A stretch of DNA of 63,714 bases, taken from Octopus bimaculoides. Lineage: Eukaryota. A model generated the notes under the pieces. That model made no database searches. It had not been told where the DNA came from and saw only the letters and a program-made list of their open reading frames with translations. Position numbers and translations under genes: made by a program. The stretch spans positions 23,249,828 through 23,313,541 of the forward strand of contig NC_069001.1 in the NCBI RefSeq assembly GCF_001194135.2. The letters are read 5' to 3'. Below, piece by piece: positions 23,285-36,138 of the stretch; positions within the stretch are counted from its first letter, which is position 1, and every line of letters begins with the position of its first letter.

Positions 23285-23457
23285 TAAACACACACACACA
23301 TACAATGGGTTTCTTTCAGTTTCCTTCTACCAAATCCACTCAAGGCTTTGGTTGGCCCAAGGTTACAGTAGAAGACACTTGCCCAAGGTGCCATGTAGTG
23401 GCACTGAACCTGGAACCATGTGGTTGGGAAGCAAACTTCTTACCACATAGCCACTCG
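23285..23457 (-). mobile_element. SINE family A 5' half
   Basis: Reverse complement of head and CORE-like motif. Confidence 0.85.
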
Positions 23458-24029
23458 CTTTTATTGTGAACTTTTCATTTTAATAATTTTGTGCTGTTTA
23501 AGTGCAAAGCAAATTGACCATGTGTTGGCAATGAATTCGTTAAAGGAAATTGCTTGAGGTACATAGTGAATAATGAAGTTGATTTAGATGACTACCTCAA
23601 CTAATTTTATGGACACTCTCACATTTATTGAAGCAATATTGGAATTTCTGCATCAATGACATTTTCTTTCAGTCTTTTATATCTAGTCTTCTTACAATCT
23701 TTAAGTCTTTTAGGAAATGAACTTTCTGTACAGCATAAGAAATAGTTAATCATAGAATTTCCTTGAGACTGCTTTGCTGTGAAATCTGGTTCATACAAAA
23801 TTCACCTCTCACTTGCAATGACTAAATATTCTTCATGTCATAGTATAACAAAACCCTGCTTTTACCTTAAAAATCCCAAATGCACTTGAGGAAGATTGAA
23901 CAGGAATTAACACTGGCTGGTCCGGATCAGTTTTCATCGATCAAATTTATTTTTTAGAGTGTTCTTTTCATGACTATCCAATCTGAATCAGAAGGAATAG
24001 TGTATACAGGATGGTTTTCCTACAGACCT

Positions 24030-24342
24030 GTTTGTGTGTGTGGTAAAAAAGTTTACTTTCTAACTACATGGTTTTAGGTTCAGTTCCACTGCATTAGACC
24101 TGGGAAAATGCCTCCCTCCATAGCCCTAGACTGATGAGAACCTTGTGAGAGGATATGATACATGGAAACTGAAAAGAAGCTTCTTGTGCGTGTGCGTGTG
24201 TGTTAAGGATCTTGTTTTCCAACCACATGGTTATCAGTTCAGTCCCATTGCATAGCAGCTAAGGCAAGTGTCCTCTACTCTAGCCCTGAGCCAACCAAAG
24301 CCTTGTGGAATGGATTTGGTAGAAGGAAACTGAGAGAAGCCT

Positions 24343-24345
<3 letters not shown>
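24030..24345 (+). mobile_element. Two tandem SINE family A 5' halves
   Basis: GGTTCAGTTCCAC... and CAGTTCAGTCCCA...GGCAAGTGTC motifs. Confidence 0.75.
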
Positions 24346-24410
<65 letters not shown>

Positions 24411-24739
24411 TGTAGGTGTGACAAGAAATGCATCCATCATAGAAAATCTGCCTCGGTAAACTCTGTCCAACCTGTAGAAGTATAGCAAAAATGTTAAAAT
24501 GATGATGATGATGATGATGATGAGATTCTCCTTGTTTTGAAACCATTGAAATATTTGGATATTTTATCAACATTTTTCTTCAAGTTGATTATGTTTTTTG
24601 GAGATTCTGATGTTTTCCTCTTTGATGATATCTTTATGTTTCCTTGGGGCTCTCTTCTCCTTTTGCTTCCTGTTTCACCAAACTCAGTCATAACCAAACT
24701 ACTACTTTTACTCACCTTGCTTTCTCTGTCTTTCTCTTT

Positions 24740-25600
24740 TTTTCCAACCAATGCCTCAAGTTGTTCTAAGACTAACTGATTTGTCCTGTAGTCCTTCCAT
24801 GTAATTCCAAAACTTCTTGGAAACCATTTCATTCTGAATACTAACAATTTCACCTCGATGGTTTTCTGAGTGTATCCACGTCTCATATCCATACAACACA
24901 ATTACAGCATCATAGGTTGTATTAACCTTGGTTTGTCACTCATTGTAATGATTGTGTTTCATATCATATTCTTCATTATGAATTGTGTTGTTGCCATTTA
25001 AATTCATTTCTTTATACCTGTTAATTGACTACAGAGTCCTACTAAAATGGATATATCTACCAATTCCTGCTGAATGTTAATGATTAAGTCTGCATCTCTG
25101 CTGGTGTCATTGCTTATTTGTTCTGTGTATTGTTCTTCTGTCAGCATGACCTGACGTTTCTAACAGCTGAATTTCATGGAATATTTACTTGAAGAAACAA
25201 CTAGTCTTCCCATGATATCAGATAATTCACCTTTAGAAACAGTTAACAAATAAACATCAGCTACAAGTCATACATCAGTGATTATTCTTCCACCAATCTA
25301 TCATGGTTTGTCCAAGAAATAGATTGAAAAGTTCAGGAGATAATGAGCAGCCCTGTTTAACTCTGCTGGTTGTTTCAAATGATTGCATTGCTTTATCATT
25401 GTTCAGTGCTGGATCAGTACACATCTCAAATAGTTTTTTCACAATATTCTGACTAGATCCATTGGGGTGTTGTACTTCTTCATGATATTTCACAGTGCTT
25501 CTCTCTATACCCTATCAAAGGATTTTATGAAGTCAATAAACATGTGGTATAAATATACCTTGCAACAATTCTTGTGTACACAGCTCCTCTGTTATTGACA
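24740..25600 (-). mobile_element. RTE (BovB/RTE-1-like) LINE RT relic
   Basis: YHMFIDFIKSFDRV; FETTSRVKQGCSLSPELFNLFLGQTM; FRMKWFPRSFGITWKDYRTNQLVLEQL. Heavily interrupted. Confidence 0.8.
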
Positions 25601-25646
25601 AAGTGAAACATTTGAATATTTATCTATCTCTCTATCTGTCTCATAA

Positions 25647-28047
25647 CACAAATCTGTGACCAAAAAATTGTTTCACGTTTATTGGGTGAATTTGACCACT
25701 TTTTACCAGCTGGTTTCAAAAATTACAAAGAAATTATCCTATCACGTACAGTTTTTCCATCAAATCAGCAATTGCATTTCACCATTATACCTTAATTTAA
25801 CTATTATCTTCCTTTATTACTATTAATTACCACATTTAAATAGATTATAACAGTATAACTAAAAGACATAATTTTGGAAAATAAGCTTCTAGCAATGTTG
25901 AGACTGTTTCAGCTATGCAGAGAGCTGCCTGCATCACTCACAAGCAGAGAGGAGACAAAGATGTGCCTTAGCCTCTTGTATCTTTTTTTATATTTCAGTT
26001 ATTTCCAAATGTCATTTTTTCAATATATATATGCTACATACATTGTTTTATTGTATTGTTACATTTCAGTGCTTCTTTAATGATACAATGGATACCTTTA
26101 GATGGTAAATCAAATATATGCTGTTAGCACTGTCTCTGTTCCATTTCCTTTCATTTGAAGTAAGAGTATCTTCTAGAAGATGTGCAGCAAGCCAGGATGA
26201 GGATAAGTTTTGGTGGGTTTATGATGTAGGAACATCAGAGAAACATTACTGAATTTGTCAAAAAATCTTACTCTGCACACTTTGGTGTGAAATTAGGAAA
26301 CCAAGATAAGTGGGCTTCTTATAAGACCTGCTCAATTCATGTTGAAGAACTTAGACAATGGAGAAAATGTACAAAGAAGTCTTTTTATTTTGGGGTTTCA
26401 GTGATATGAAGGGAACCTAAAAAATCAGTGGTGACAGCTACTTTTGCTTATATAAGGTGCAGGGACACAATTCGAAGTGTGGGGAAAACATTGTCCAGAT
26501 TTCCATATGCCTTGTGGAAATCTTGAAGACATACACTTGAGTTCTGAGTCAGAAAGCAGCAATATCAATGACAATAACGAGTTCAATAGTAGTGAAGGTG
26601 AAGAACCTCAGCTATTCAGCCAATGTGAATTAAATGATTTAGTGGAGGGGACTTAGGCCCACAAAGGAATCAACAGAGCTTTTACGTTCCACACTGAAAT
26701 TCAAAAGCCTTTTAGTTCCTCAGCCATCATTCTATTGATGTTGTAACAGCAAAAAAAGAATTTGTTGCTTATTTTACTCAAGAAAATGTTTTGGTTTATT
26801 GTATAGATTCATCAGGACTAATTGAGAGATTTGATATAAGTTACAGACCTGATGAATGGAGACTCTTTAAGGAGAAGTCTTAAAGCTGTTCTATTGATAA
26901 TGGTAATACATATGATTCCATCCCTTTTGAACACTTAGTGCTCATGAAGGAAACATGTGAATATTTGGCATTAATCTTACACGTGATAAAATTCAAAAAT
27001 GACAACTCAATAGTTTATAGTAACTTGATAAAACTTATATTGCTTGGACAATAGTCAGGCTACATAAAATTTCCTTGTTTCTTGTGTGAATGGGACAATA
27101 GAGCCAGAAACCTCCATTGGTCTAAAATCAATGACCAAATAGGGATACGCTTACACAAGGAACAAAGAATATCTTTTGAGAAAGTTTATCTGAAAAGAGT
27201 TCTTTTGTCTCCTTTACATTTAAAACTTGGCCTCATGAACAATTTATAAAGGCTTTGTGACAGGGTGGAGAGAGCTTCAAGTATTTGCATAGCAAGTTTC
27301 CTACTCTAAAAGACATCAGAGATGAAGAGGGTGTATTTGTGGGACCAGATATAAGGAAACTCATCAAGGATGAAAATTTTGAAAACACTTTTAGTGATTT
27401 TCAAAAATGAAGCATGGATTAGTTTTAAAGAATGTGATGAAAAATTCCTTGGATAATCAGAAGGATCCAAACTACAAAGACATTGTGGGAAGAATGCTGG
27501 AACAGTTTGAGGCCTTAGATGTAAAATGAGGATTAAAATCCTATTTGGATTTCTATCCTGAAAATCTAAGGAGTGGGGAGCAGGGGGAAAGGTTTCATCA
27601 AGACATAAAAGAGATGGAAAAAGATAGAAGGGAAGATGGAATGTCAGTATGATGGTTGACTACTGTTGAGTGTTGCATTGTGGATGCTCATCAAATGCTC
27701 ACAAGCAAAAGAGTTCCAGGAGTTTCCAAGCGAGAAAAAGAGATCTTGAGATGCTGAACCTAAAACATTTATGGAACTCTTATAGAAATCTATTTTCTCA
27801 CCTTTGAGTCACACTTGTACCATTTTATTTTGCCAAATAAAGTACCAAACTACATTGACCATGCCCTTTGAGGGCCTTCCTCTTCATTTTGTCTTACCAT
27901 ATGAGGACTTACCTACAAATTATGTTATATTTTATCATTCAATTGTGAGAAAACTTTTGTTAGTTGGAAAGAGCTTCTATGATATCTTGAATTAGAAATA
28001 TGAAATTATCAAAAAATTTTCCGAAAGTTTCCTTTTGCAGACCTGTG
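25647..28047 (+). mobile_element. Chapaev3-like DNA transposon, both ends present, transposase pseudogenised
   Basis: TAA|CAC...GTG|TAA (3-bp TWA TSD, CAC/GTG termini). Relic motifs FGVKLGNQDKWA, DEWRLF..LKAVL, YIKFPCFLCEWDNRAR, PLHLKLGLM.QFIKAL, EQGERFHQDIKEME and GRWNVSMMVDYC at about 26170-27670. The superfamily name rests on recalled terminal/TSD rules. Confidence 0.8.
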
Positions 28048-28084
28048 TAATCTATAAATATGCACACAAACATTTATATATATA

Positions 28085-28300
28085 TTTTTATTCTTTTATT
28101 TGTTGCAGTCATTTGAGAGTGGCCATGCTGTAGCACCGCCTTTAGTCAAACAAATCGACTCAAGGACTTATGCTTTGTAGGCCTAGCACTTACTTAATCA
28201 GTGTCTTTTGCCAAACTGCTAAGTTACAGAGATGTAAACACACCAACATCAGTTGTCAAGTGACAGAAGACGATCAAACACACACACACACACACACACA
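28085..28300 (-). mobile_element. SINE family A 3' half
   Basis: Reverse complement of tail and body. Confidence 0.85.
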
Positions 28301-28319
28301 CATGCGCATGGATCTTTTA

Positions 28320-28725
28320 TCTCTTATCATTTACTTGTTTCAATCATTAATCTGTGGCCATGCTGGGCCACTGCCTTGAAGAAGTTTTAGTCAGGTGAAT
28401 CAACCCAAGTACTTGCTTTGTTTTTTAAAACCTGGTACTTATTCTATAGGTCTCTTTTGCTGAACTGGTAAGTTACGGTGATGTAAATACACCAACACCG
28501 GTTGTCAAGCAGTGGTGGGGGACAAACACATACACAAACACACACACACACACACACATGCACAAAAGGCTTTTTTTCGGTTTCCGTCTACCAAATCCAC
28601 TATTAAAGCTTTGGTCAACCTGAGGCTATAGTAGAAGAAACCTACTCAAAGTATCATGCAGTGTGACTGAACCCAGAACCATGTGGTTAGGAAGCAAACT
28701 TCTTACCGCACAGCCACACAAGTAC
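28320..28725 (-). mobile_element. SINE family A, full length
   Basis: Reverse complement of head to tail. Confidence 0.9.
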
Positions 28726-28748
28726 CTGTACATATTATGTATGTATAG

Positions 28749-28809
28749 GCTGCTTCTGTTATGAGAGATCTTGAACCACTGAAAGAAACTTCCCAAATTT
28801 ATCACAGCT
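28749..28809 (+). CDS. Candidate exon (AASVMRDLEPLKETSQIYHS), phase 0-1
   Basis: AG acceptor and weak GTTAGG donor; phases bridge 20459 and 36029. Confidence 0.22.
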
Positions 28810-28994
28810 GTTAGGTAAATTTGAACTGTTGTTAATTTTGGATTTCTTGCTGCAATCCAACAACTATGCAAGCTGAACTCAGGTAATTATTTAATTATTT
28901 TAATTAGCAATTGTTTCTGTTCAAAGGAAATAGGCTTAGGTGACGTATGTGAGATACTGTAGGAGTTTATTAAAAATACACAGGAATATAACAA

Positions 28995-29044
<50 letters not shown>

Positions 29045-29799
29045 GAACAGAATTTATTTAGCAGGAATGTGACTGAAGTAAATCAAAAAATTCAGTCTTT
29101 GGAAATACAACAGTGACAATAAGTTAATAAAATAACATTGCAGATACATAAAGTCTCTTTAAATGAAATACATCATCATTTGGATCTTGTGAAATAATTG
29201 TGTTGACACTTTATATGTTTCTATTTTTTCCTTTCCATTTATGAAATGCATTTGATGTTCCAATTAACTCCATGGATACATTAGTAATTATTTTATCTGT
29301 TCTTATTTAAATTTCTATGCTGCAACATAGCATCATAAATTATTTATATGAATGTTTACTCATCGGCTGTTTGAATGTTATATTTATGTGGAATTGAATT
29401 GAAAACTACATTTCCCATTTGCTTTTCCCTAAATGTTTCCTTTTCGTTTTTGTTTGTGTATGTGTGTGTCACCTATGGAATGTATGTAGAAGGATGTATC
29501 TGTGTATGTAGGTGTATGCATCAGTGTAGCTGTATCTGGATACCTGTGTACATTCATATTTGTGTATGAACGAGTATTTTGGTGAATATGTGTATGCAGT
29601 TGCATATATTTTAGTATGTGTTCCATTGTGTGTGTATGTGTGTATGTAAAGGTGGTGGATTAGAAAAATCATTAGAGCTTCAAACAAAATGCTTTGCATA
29701 AAGTGTTCCAAGCTCTTTACATCCTGAGTTCAAATCCCACTAAGGCTGACTTTGTTATTCATCCTTTTAGAATCAAAAAAGTTTCATGCCGGGGGAATT

Positions 29800-30130
29800 T
29801 TTAGAATAATTCTCACAATCATGAGGTTATGAGTTTGATTTCCAGACCGGGCTGTGTGTTGTGTTCTTGAGCAAGACACTTTATTTCACATTACTCTAAT
29901 TCACTCAGATATGAAAATGAGTTGGGATGTCACTGATGCCAAGCTGTATCGGCCTTTCCCTTTCCCTTGGATAGCATTGGTGGCATAGAGAGGGGAGGCT
30001 GGTATGCATGGGTGAATGCTGGTCTTCTATAAACACCTTTGCCTGGACTTGTGTCTCAGACAGGAACTTTCTAGGTGCAATCCCATGGGCATTCATGACT
30101 GAAGGGGGCTTTTACTCTGACCTTATGGTT
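29800..30130 (+). mobile_element. SINE family D
   Basis: GAGTTTGATTTCC and TTCTTGAGCAAGACACTTTATTTCAC; similar to 5458-5780. Confidence 0.65.
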
Positions 30131-30369
30131 AAGAAATTTGCTCTGTACCCATGTGTTTTTAGATACAGTCCTAGCCAATACCTTGTGAGTGAATTTGGTA
30201 GATAGGGGATCTCTTAGCGAAATGGTACAGAGCACCCAGCTGGAATTTGAGAGCTACAGGGTTTGATTCTCTAAAGACACTTGTTGGCCACCTTTTTTAG
30301 GTGCATACATGGCTGTGTGGTAAGAAGGTTGCTTCCCAACCACATAGTCCCACGTTTAGTCCCAGTTTT

Positions 30370-31118
30370 GGAATTTATTTTGTTTTTTACTAGTTAATTT
30401 TAGTTAATTTTCAGATCATTAAAATGTCAAGTTAAGAAAAACAAGCATCTTTGACACCTTCTTTTTGCTTTTAATCAAGGTTCTAAGGACGCAAAAGTTG
30501 CTCGCGACATTTGTGCTGTGTATGGAGAGGGTGCCATAACTGAAAGAACCACTCGTGAATGGTATACCAAGTTCAAAAATGGAAATTTTTACTTCAAAGA
30601 CGTACCTCATTCTGGCCGTCCAGTTGAGTTTGATGAAGAGCGATTAAACCAACTTTTGCACGAAAATTCTTGTCAAACGACAAGGGAACTGGCAGAGAAA
30701 AGAGAAACGACTTAATCAGCAGCATGGACATCTTCTGCTGCACAACAACACCTGCCCTCATATTGCCAATATGACCAAGGAAGCAATTCAAACGCATGAC
30801 TGGGAAGTGCTGACACACCCGCCGTACTCTCCTGATTTGGCACCAATGGATTTCCATCTCTTTTGATCTCTTTGAAATGCTATGCACGGACTTTCACTCA
30901 ATACTGATGCAGAATTGAGAGCTTGATTGGATCACTTTTTCGAGTCGAAATTGGGTGATTTCTATCAACGAAGTATTGAAAATCTTGTTGAATGTTGGGA
31001 AGAAGTTGTAAACAACAAGGGTGAGTACATTATTGATTAATTAGTTCTTATTTTTTATTAAACCTTTTAAAAAATTAAAATTTTAAAAAATGGTAGGAAC
31101 TTAGTTGCCAACATAATA
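30370..31118 (+). mobile_element. Internally deleted mariner element
   Basis: HTH region VARDICAVYGEGAITERTTREWYTKFKNGNF...SGRPVEFDEERLNQLL joined to LHNNTCPHIANMTKEAIQTHDWEVLTHPPYSPDLAPMDFHLF. Right TIR ...GGAACTTAGTTGCCAACATAATA|TA. Confidence 0.92.
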
Positions 31119-31319
31119 TATATATATATANNNNNNNNNNNNNNNNNNNNNNNNNNNNNNNNNNNNNNNNNNNNNNNNNNNNNNNNNNNNNNNNNNNNNN
31201 NNNNNNNNNNNNNNNNNNNNNNNNNNNNNNNNNNNNNNNNNNNNNNNNNNNNNNNNNNNNNNNNNNNNNNNNNNNNNNNNNNNNNNNNNNNNNNNNNNNN
31301 NNNNNNNNTATATATACAT

Positions 31320-31550
31320 ATATATATGTGTATGTGTCTTTGTGTCTGTGTTTGTCCCCACCCTCACCACTTGACATCCGGTCTTCGATTGTTTATGCTC
31401 CCATAAATTAGCAGTTCAGCAAAAAGCGACCGATAGAATAAGTACCAATCTTGCCAAAAAAGTACTGGTGCCAATTCTTCCAACTAAAACTCCTCAAGGT
31501 TGTACCCCAGCATGGTCGCAGTACAATGACTGAAACAAATAAAAGAAAAA
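31320..31550 (+). mobile_element. SINE family A 3' half
   Basis: TTTGTCCCC...CAGCATGGTCGCAGT..AATGACTGAAAC. Confidence 0.8.
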
Positions 31551-31593
31551 GAAAAGTGGAAACTGTGTGGTAGCCTGCTATGTATGTATATAT

Positions 31594-31845
31594 GGCAGTC
31601 ATCAAGGTCCTGTCCTATGACTGGCATGAGGCAGGAAAGTATACTAGTCCTTATATATTTAATACTCGATATTTCATATATTCAATAAGACATTCAATAC
31701 TTCATTTCATTTTACCATTTATATTATATATTCAATATTCTATATCCCACATTAATTTTATAAGAATATAAATAAAACATAAAAAACAGACAGAGTTGGA
31801 ACTCTTTTAAATAATATATTCCTCTATACACAATCATACAAAACC
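31594..31845 (+). mobile_element. Repeat family H1, hammerhead with inverted 5' segment
   Basis: GGCAG GAAA GTATAC TA GTCC at 31630-31650; GGACCTTGATGACTGCC lies on the opposite strand at 31610-31594. Confidence 0.65.
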
Positions 31846-33244
31846 NNNNNNNNNNNNNNNNNNNNNNNNNNNNNNNNNNNNNNNNNNNNNNNNNNNNNNN
31901 NNNNNNNNNNNNNNNNNNNNNNNNNNNNNNNNNNNNNNNNNNNNNNNNNNNNNNNNNNNNNNNNNNNNNNNNNNNNNNNNNNNNNNNNNNNNNNNNNNNN
32001 NNNNNNNNNNNNNNNNNNNNNNNNNNNNNNNNNNNNNNNNNNNNNNNNNNNNNNNNNNNNNNNNNNNNNNNNNNNNNNNNNNNNNNNNNNNNNNNNNNNN
32101 NNNNNNNNNNNNNNNNNNNNNNNNNNNNNNNNNNNNNNNNNNNNNNNNNNNNNNNNNNNNNNNNNNNNNNNNNNNNNNNNNNNNNNNNNNNNNNNNNNNN
32201 NNNNNNNNNNNNNNNNNNNNNNNNNNNNNNNNNNNNNNNNNNNNNNNNNNNNNNNNNNNNNNNNNNNNNNNNNNNNNNNNNNNNNNNNNNNNNNNNNNNN
32301 NNNNNNNNNNNNNNNNNNNNNNNNNNNNNNNNNNNNNNNNNNNNNNNNNNNNNNNNNNNATATATATATATGCATGTGTGTGTGTTCCCCACCCCCATCA
32401 TCTCTTGACAAATGGTGTTGGTTTGTTTATGTTCCCATATCTTGGAGATGTGAGCAAACGAGACTTACTTCAGTGGTAACTGCTGATTTTCCATTATATA
32501 TAAAAAAAAAAAACCTTCCTTAGACATAAGTCTTGGAAAAGAATTTTGGCAGAACAGACAGACAATCAATCCTGACCTTGAGAGGTCAGAGGACTTAGAC
32601 ATGTGTTTGTATATCTTTACATGTGTATATTTACATGTGTCTATCTGTATGTGTACCTCACCACTTTAATAACAAACATTTGGTGTCATTTGAAATAAGG
32701 ATCAATAGATTTGCTACACAAATATATCAGACTTTAAAACAATCATAAAAAGCACAGTCTTTAAAGTTATATAAAAAGTATTTGGTGATAAACATAGAGA
32801 ATGGTTTTTATTCCTGTTTCAGACAGACATGAGAACAAGGACCACTGATGTAATCCAAACCAAATATCTATCACTGCCCAATGTGTTTCTGGAATGTAAT
32901 AAATATGCAGTTTTCATCTGTAGGTTTGTTTCGCTTTTCTGTCTGAAATTGATTTTAAAATGATTAATATTATTCTCCATTTGAAATTCATTCATGATTT
33001 TTCTCTGTATTATTTTAAAGTGATTTTGTGAGAAATGAGAAACAATATATTATTTACAAATGCAGTGCATTATCTTACTCAAAGGCTGGTTTACAGTTAT
33101 TTGATGTTTCATACAGACTTATAAAAATACACATTCAAATGTTCAGTATGCAGTAGAGATAAATTTATATGAATTTATGAATTGCAAAAACCTTTCTCAC
33201 TGTCCTTCCTTCTCCATTCCCCTCCTCTCTCTCTCTTTAAATAT

Positions 33245-33635
33245 CTTATCTTTTTCTTATTCTAGTCATTACACTGTGGCTATGCTGGGGCAGTGCCTTG
33301 AAGAATCTTACTTAAACTTATTGACCCCAGGACTTATTGTTCATTGTAAAGCCTCGTACTTATTCTATTAGGCTCTTTTGCTGAACCACTCAGTTATAGG
33401 GATGTAAACACACCAATACCAGTTGTCAAGCAGTGGTGGTGGGACAAACACATACACAAAGACACATACACACACATACACGATGGCCTTCTTTCAGTTT
33501 CTGTCTACCAAATCCACTCATAAAGCTTTGGTCGGCCTGATGCTACAATAGAAGATACTTACCCAAGATCTCACACAATGAGATTCAATCTGAACTCATG
33601 TTGATTAGGAAGCAAACTTCTTATCACACAGCCTG
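33245..33635 (-). mobile_element. SINE family A, full length
   Basis: Reverse complement of family motifs. Confidence 0.88.
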
Positions 33636-33659
33636 TACCTATATATATATATTTTCATC

Positions 33660-33850
33660 AACATCATCAACACCAGCATTTATCATCAGTCTCCCATGCT
33701 TCCATACTGGCATGGGTTGGATGGTGACAGGATCCAATGAGCTAAAGCTTTCTATGGTTGGATACACTTTTTAATACCAATTCCTCTACAGAATGCACTG
33801 GGTGCTTTTTCCATAACACCAATGTGGTCATCAAATAACTTACAAGACAA
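33660..33850 (-). mobile_element. RTE LINE 3' UTR fragment
   Basis: CCATACTGGCATGGGTTGG...GGGTGCTTTT motif. Confidence 0.65.
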
Positions 33851-34944
33851 AAAAAGAAACCCTCATCAAAGTGGGAACATAGCAGAGAAGAAAGAAGATT
33901 TATGGCAGGTGTTCAGAAGCTAAAGGATGATAGAGAGACAGGAACTGGTATCTTGTTGCTAGTGGTAAACATGACTACCTGGCAGTATATAAGGACAGGT
34001 TGGAATAGGTAGTCAAGTCATGCTAACCCATAAGGGCCAGTTTCCTGGCTTCATGGTATATAAATTCCCCACCTATTCATCACAGGATTACTCATTTTTG
34101 CCAGTTGAGTGAACTGGAGTAACATGAAATGAAGTGTTTTGCTCAAGGATATAATGTGTCACCTGGTCCAGGAACCATAACCACAATCTTACGATCATGA
34201 GTCCAACACTCTAACCACTAAGCCATGTGCCTCCACTGGGTTGGAATAGCTTGAAAAGATGGTAGTGCCAAGCTGTCAGAGCATGCCATCAAGGTAGAAG
34301 ATGGTGAGGTGGGGTTGACAGGTGGTTAGAGATGAGGATAGGAATGAATATAGTAAGATAGTGAGTGGTAAATGAGATGGAGGTATCATTGATGGTAAGT
34401 TTATATATAAGTTGCTGCCATGGTTGTGTGGTTGAGAAGTTTGCATCCCAGAACATGGTTATGGGTTCAGTTCCACTGTGGAGCAAATAAACAACATGCA
34501 AATTAAAGAACAAAAAAGAAGCACCAGAAGACACACACACCAAAAGATATAAATATACCACCCATACCAAGCTGCAAAAAGCTCTTACCTGAAGATTGCC
34601 GTGGCATGAAACTCAAATTGAGTGACAAATATGTCTCGACGAAACAGTATGTAACACAAGATGTAGATATATATATATATGTATTTTTCCAGTTTTCTCA
34701 TTTCATATATATATGAATATATCTATATTTATTTATCTATCTATCTATCTGTCAGTCTGACAGTCTGTCTCTCTCTCTCTCTCACTCTCTCTCTCTCACT
34801 CTCTCTCTCTCACNNNNNNNNNNNNNNNNNNNNNNNNNNNNNNNNNNNNNNNNNNNNNNNNNNNNNNNNNNNNNNNNNNNNNNNNNNNNNNNNNNNNNNN
34901 NNNNNNNNNNNNNNNNNNNNNNNNNNNNNNNNNNNNNNNNNNNN

Positions 34945-35230
34945 ATAATTTTATTTAAAAGAGTTCCAACTCTGTCTGTTTTTTATGTTTTTTATTTATA
35001 TTCTTGTAAAATTTATGTGGGATATAGAACATGGAATATATAATATAAAAAAAGATGGATGGTACAATGAAATGAAGTATTGAATGTCTTATTGAATATA
35101 TGGAATATGTCTTATTGAATATATGAAATATTGAGTGTTCAATATAAAGGATTAAATATATAAATATATAAAGGCGAATACGTATTTTCTATACCTTGTG
35201 GTATTTCATCATGGCCAGTATGACAGACTG
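34945..35230 (-). mobile_element. Repeat family H1 with hammerhead-like motif
   Basis: Minus strand 35216-35173 reads GGC CATGATGA A ATACC acaa GGTAT A GAAA ATACGTAT TC GCC. Confidence 0.75.
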
Positions 35231-35584
35231 TATATGTATATATATATATACATACACACCCATACACACAAACACACACATATACTGGTATTATTTATTC
35301 ACCATTACAAACATTCCATTTGCTAATAGGAGTTACAGATCTGTGCATGTAATAGAAAACGTAAGATTTTTCCAATCTTCTCTTTTGATATTATTACTCC
35401 GCAGAAAATCTTTTTCCAGTATCTCTAACTCTTATACATACCTCATACTAATATGATATTTACATACTGATTTGGAGTACTGAAATAAGAGGATGATGTG
35501 ATTCAAGAGGACACAGCTTGCATTTTAAGCCTATCTACATAATAAATATATATATACATACATACATATTCATATATATATATA

Positions 35585-35992
35585 GGCGCATGAGTGACTG
35601 TGTGGTAAGTAGCTTGTTTGCCAACCACATGGTTACGGGTTCAGTCCCACTGCATGGCACCTTAGGCAAGTGTCTTTTACTATAGCCTTGGACCAACCAA
35701 AGCCTTGTGAGCAAATTTGGTAGACGGAAACTGAAAGAAGTCCATCGTATATATGTATATATGTATGTGCGTGTGTATATGTTTGTATGTCTGTGTTTGC
35801 CCCTCCCTACATCGCTTGACAACTGATGCTGGTGTGTTTACGTCCCCGTAACTTAATGGTTCAGCAAAAGAGACCAATAGAATAAATACTAGGCTTAAAA
35901 AAGAATAAGTCCTGGGGTCAATTTGCTCAACTAAAGGCGGTGCTCCAGCATGGCTGCAGTCAAATGACTGAAACAAGTAAAGGAATAAGAGA
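35585..35992 (+). mobile_element. SINE family A, full length
   Basis: Head to tail, well conserved. Confidence 0.93.
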
Positions 35993-36028
35993 ATATATAT
36001 ATATGTACAATTGTCACTTGCAATTCAG

Positions 36029-36138
36029 CACCAGCACTGCTAGAAATAAGAGTCAAAATGACTCTTAGCCATGAGAAGAGTATTTTCGGTTCAACAGAGC
36101 ACTTTCTGTTCACTGACAAGGGAGACAACCTCCCCACA
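36029..36138 (+). CDS. Candidate coding exon (PALLEIRVKMTLSHEKSIFGSTEHFLFTDKGDNLPT), phase 1-0
   Basis: cacttgcaattcag|...ACA|gtaagt; 36 open codons; phase-compatible with the next two candidates. Confidence 0.5.

Noticed and set aside
34584-34660. CTGAAGA-TGCC/GGCA-GAAA-CTC/GAG hammerhead-like string
   Set aside because: The triplet would be GUG (G17 is non-cleavable) and no stem I partner is present; at best a decayed copy.
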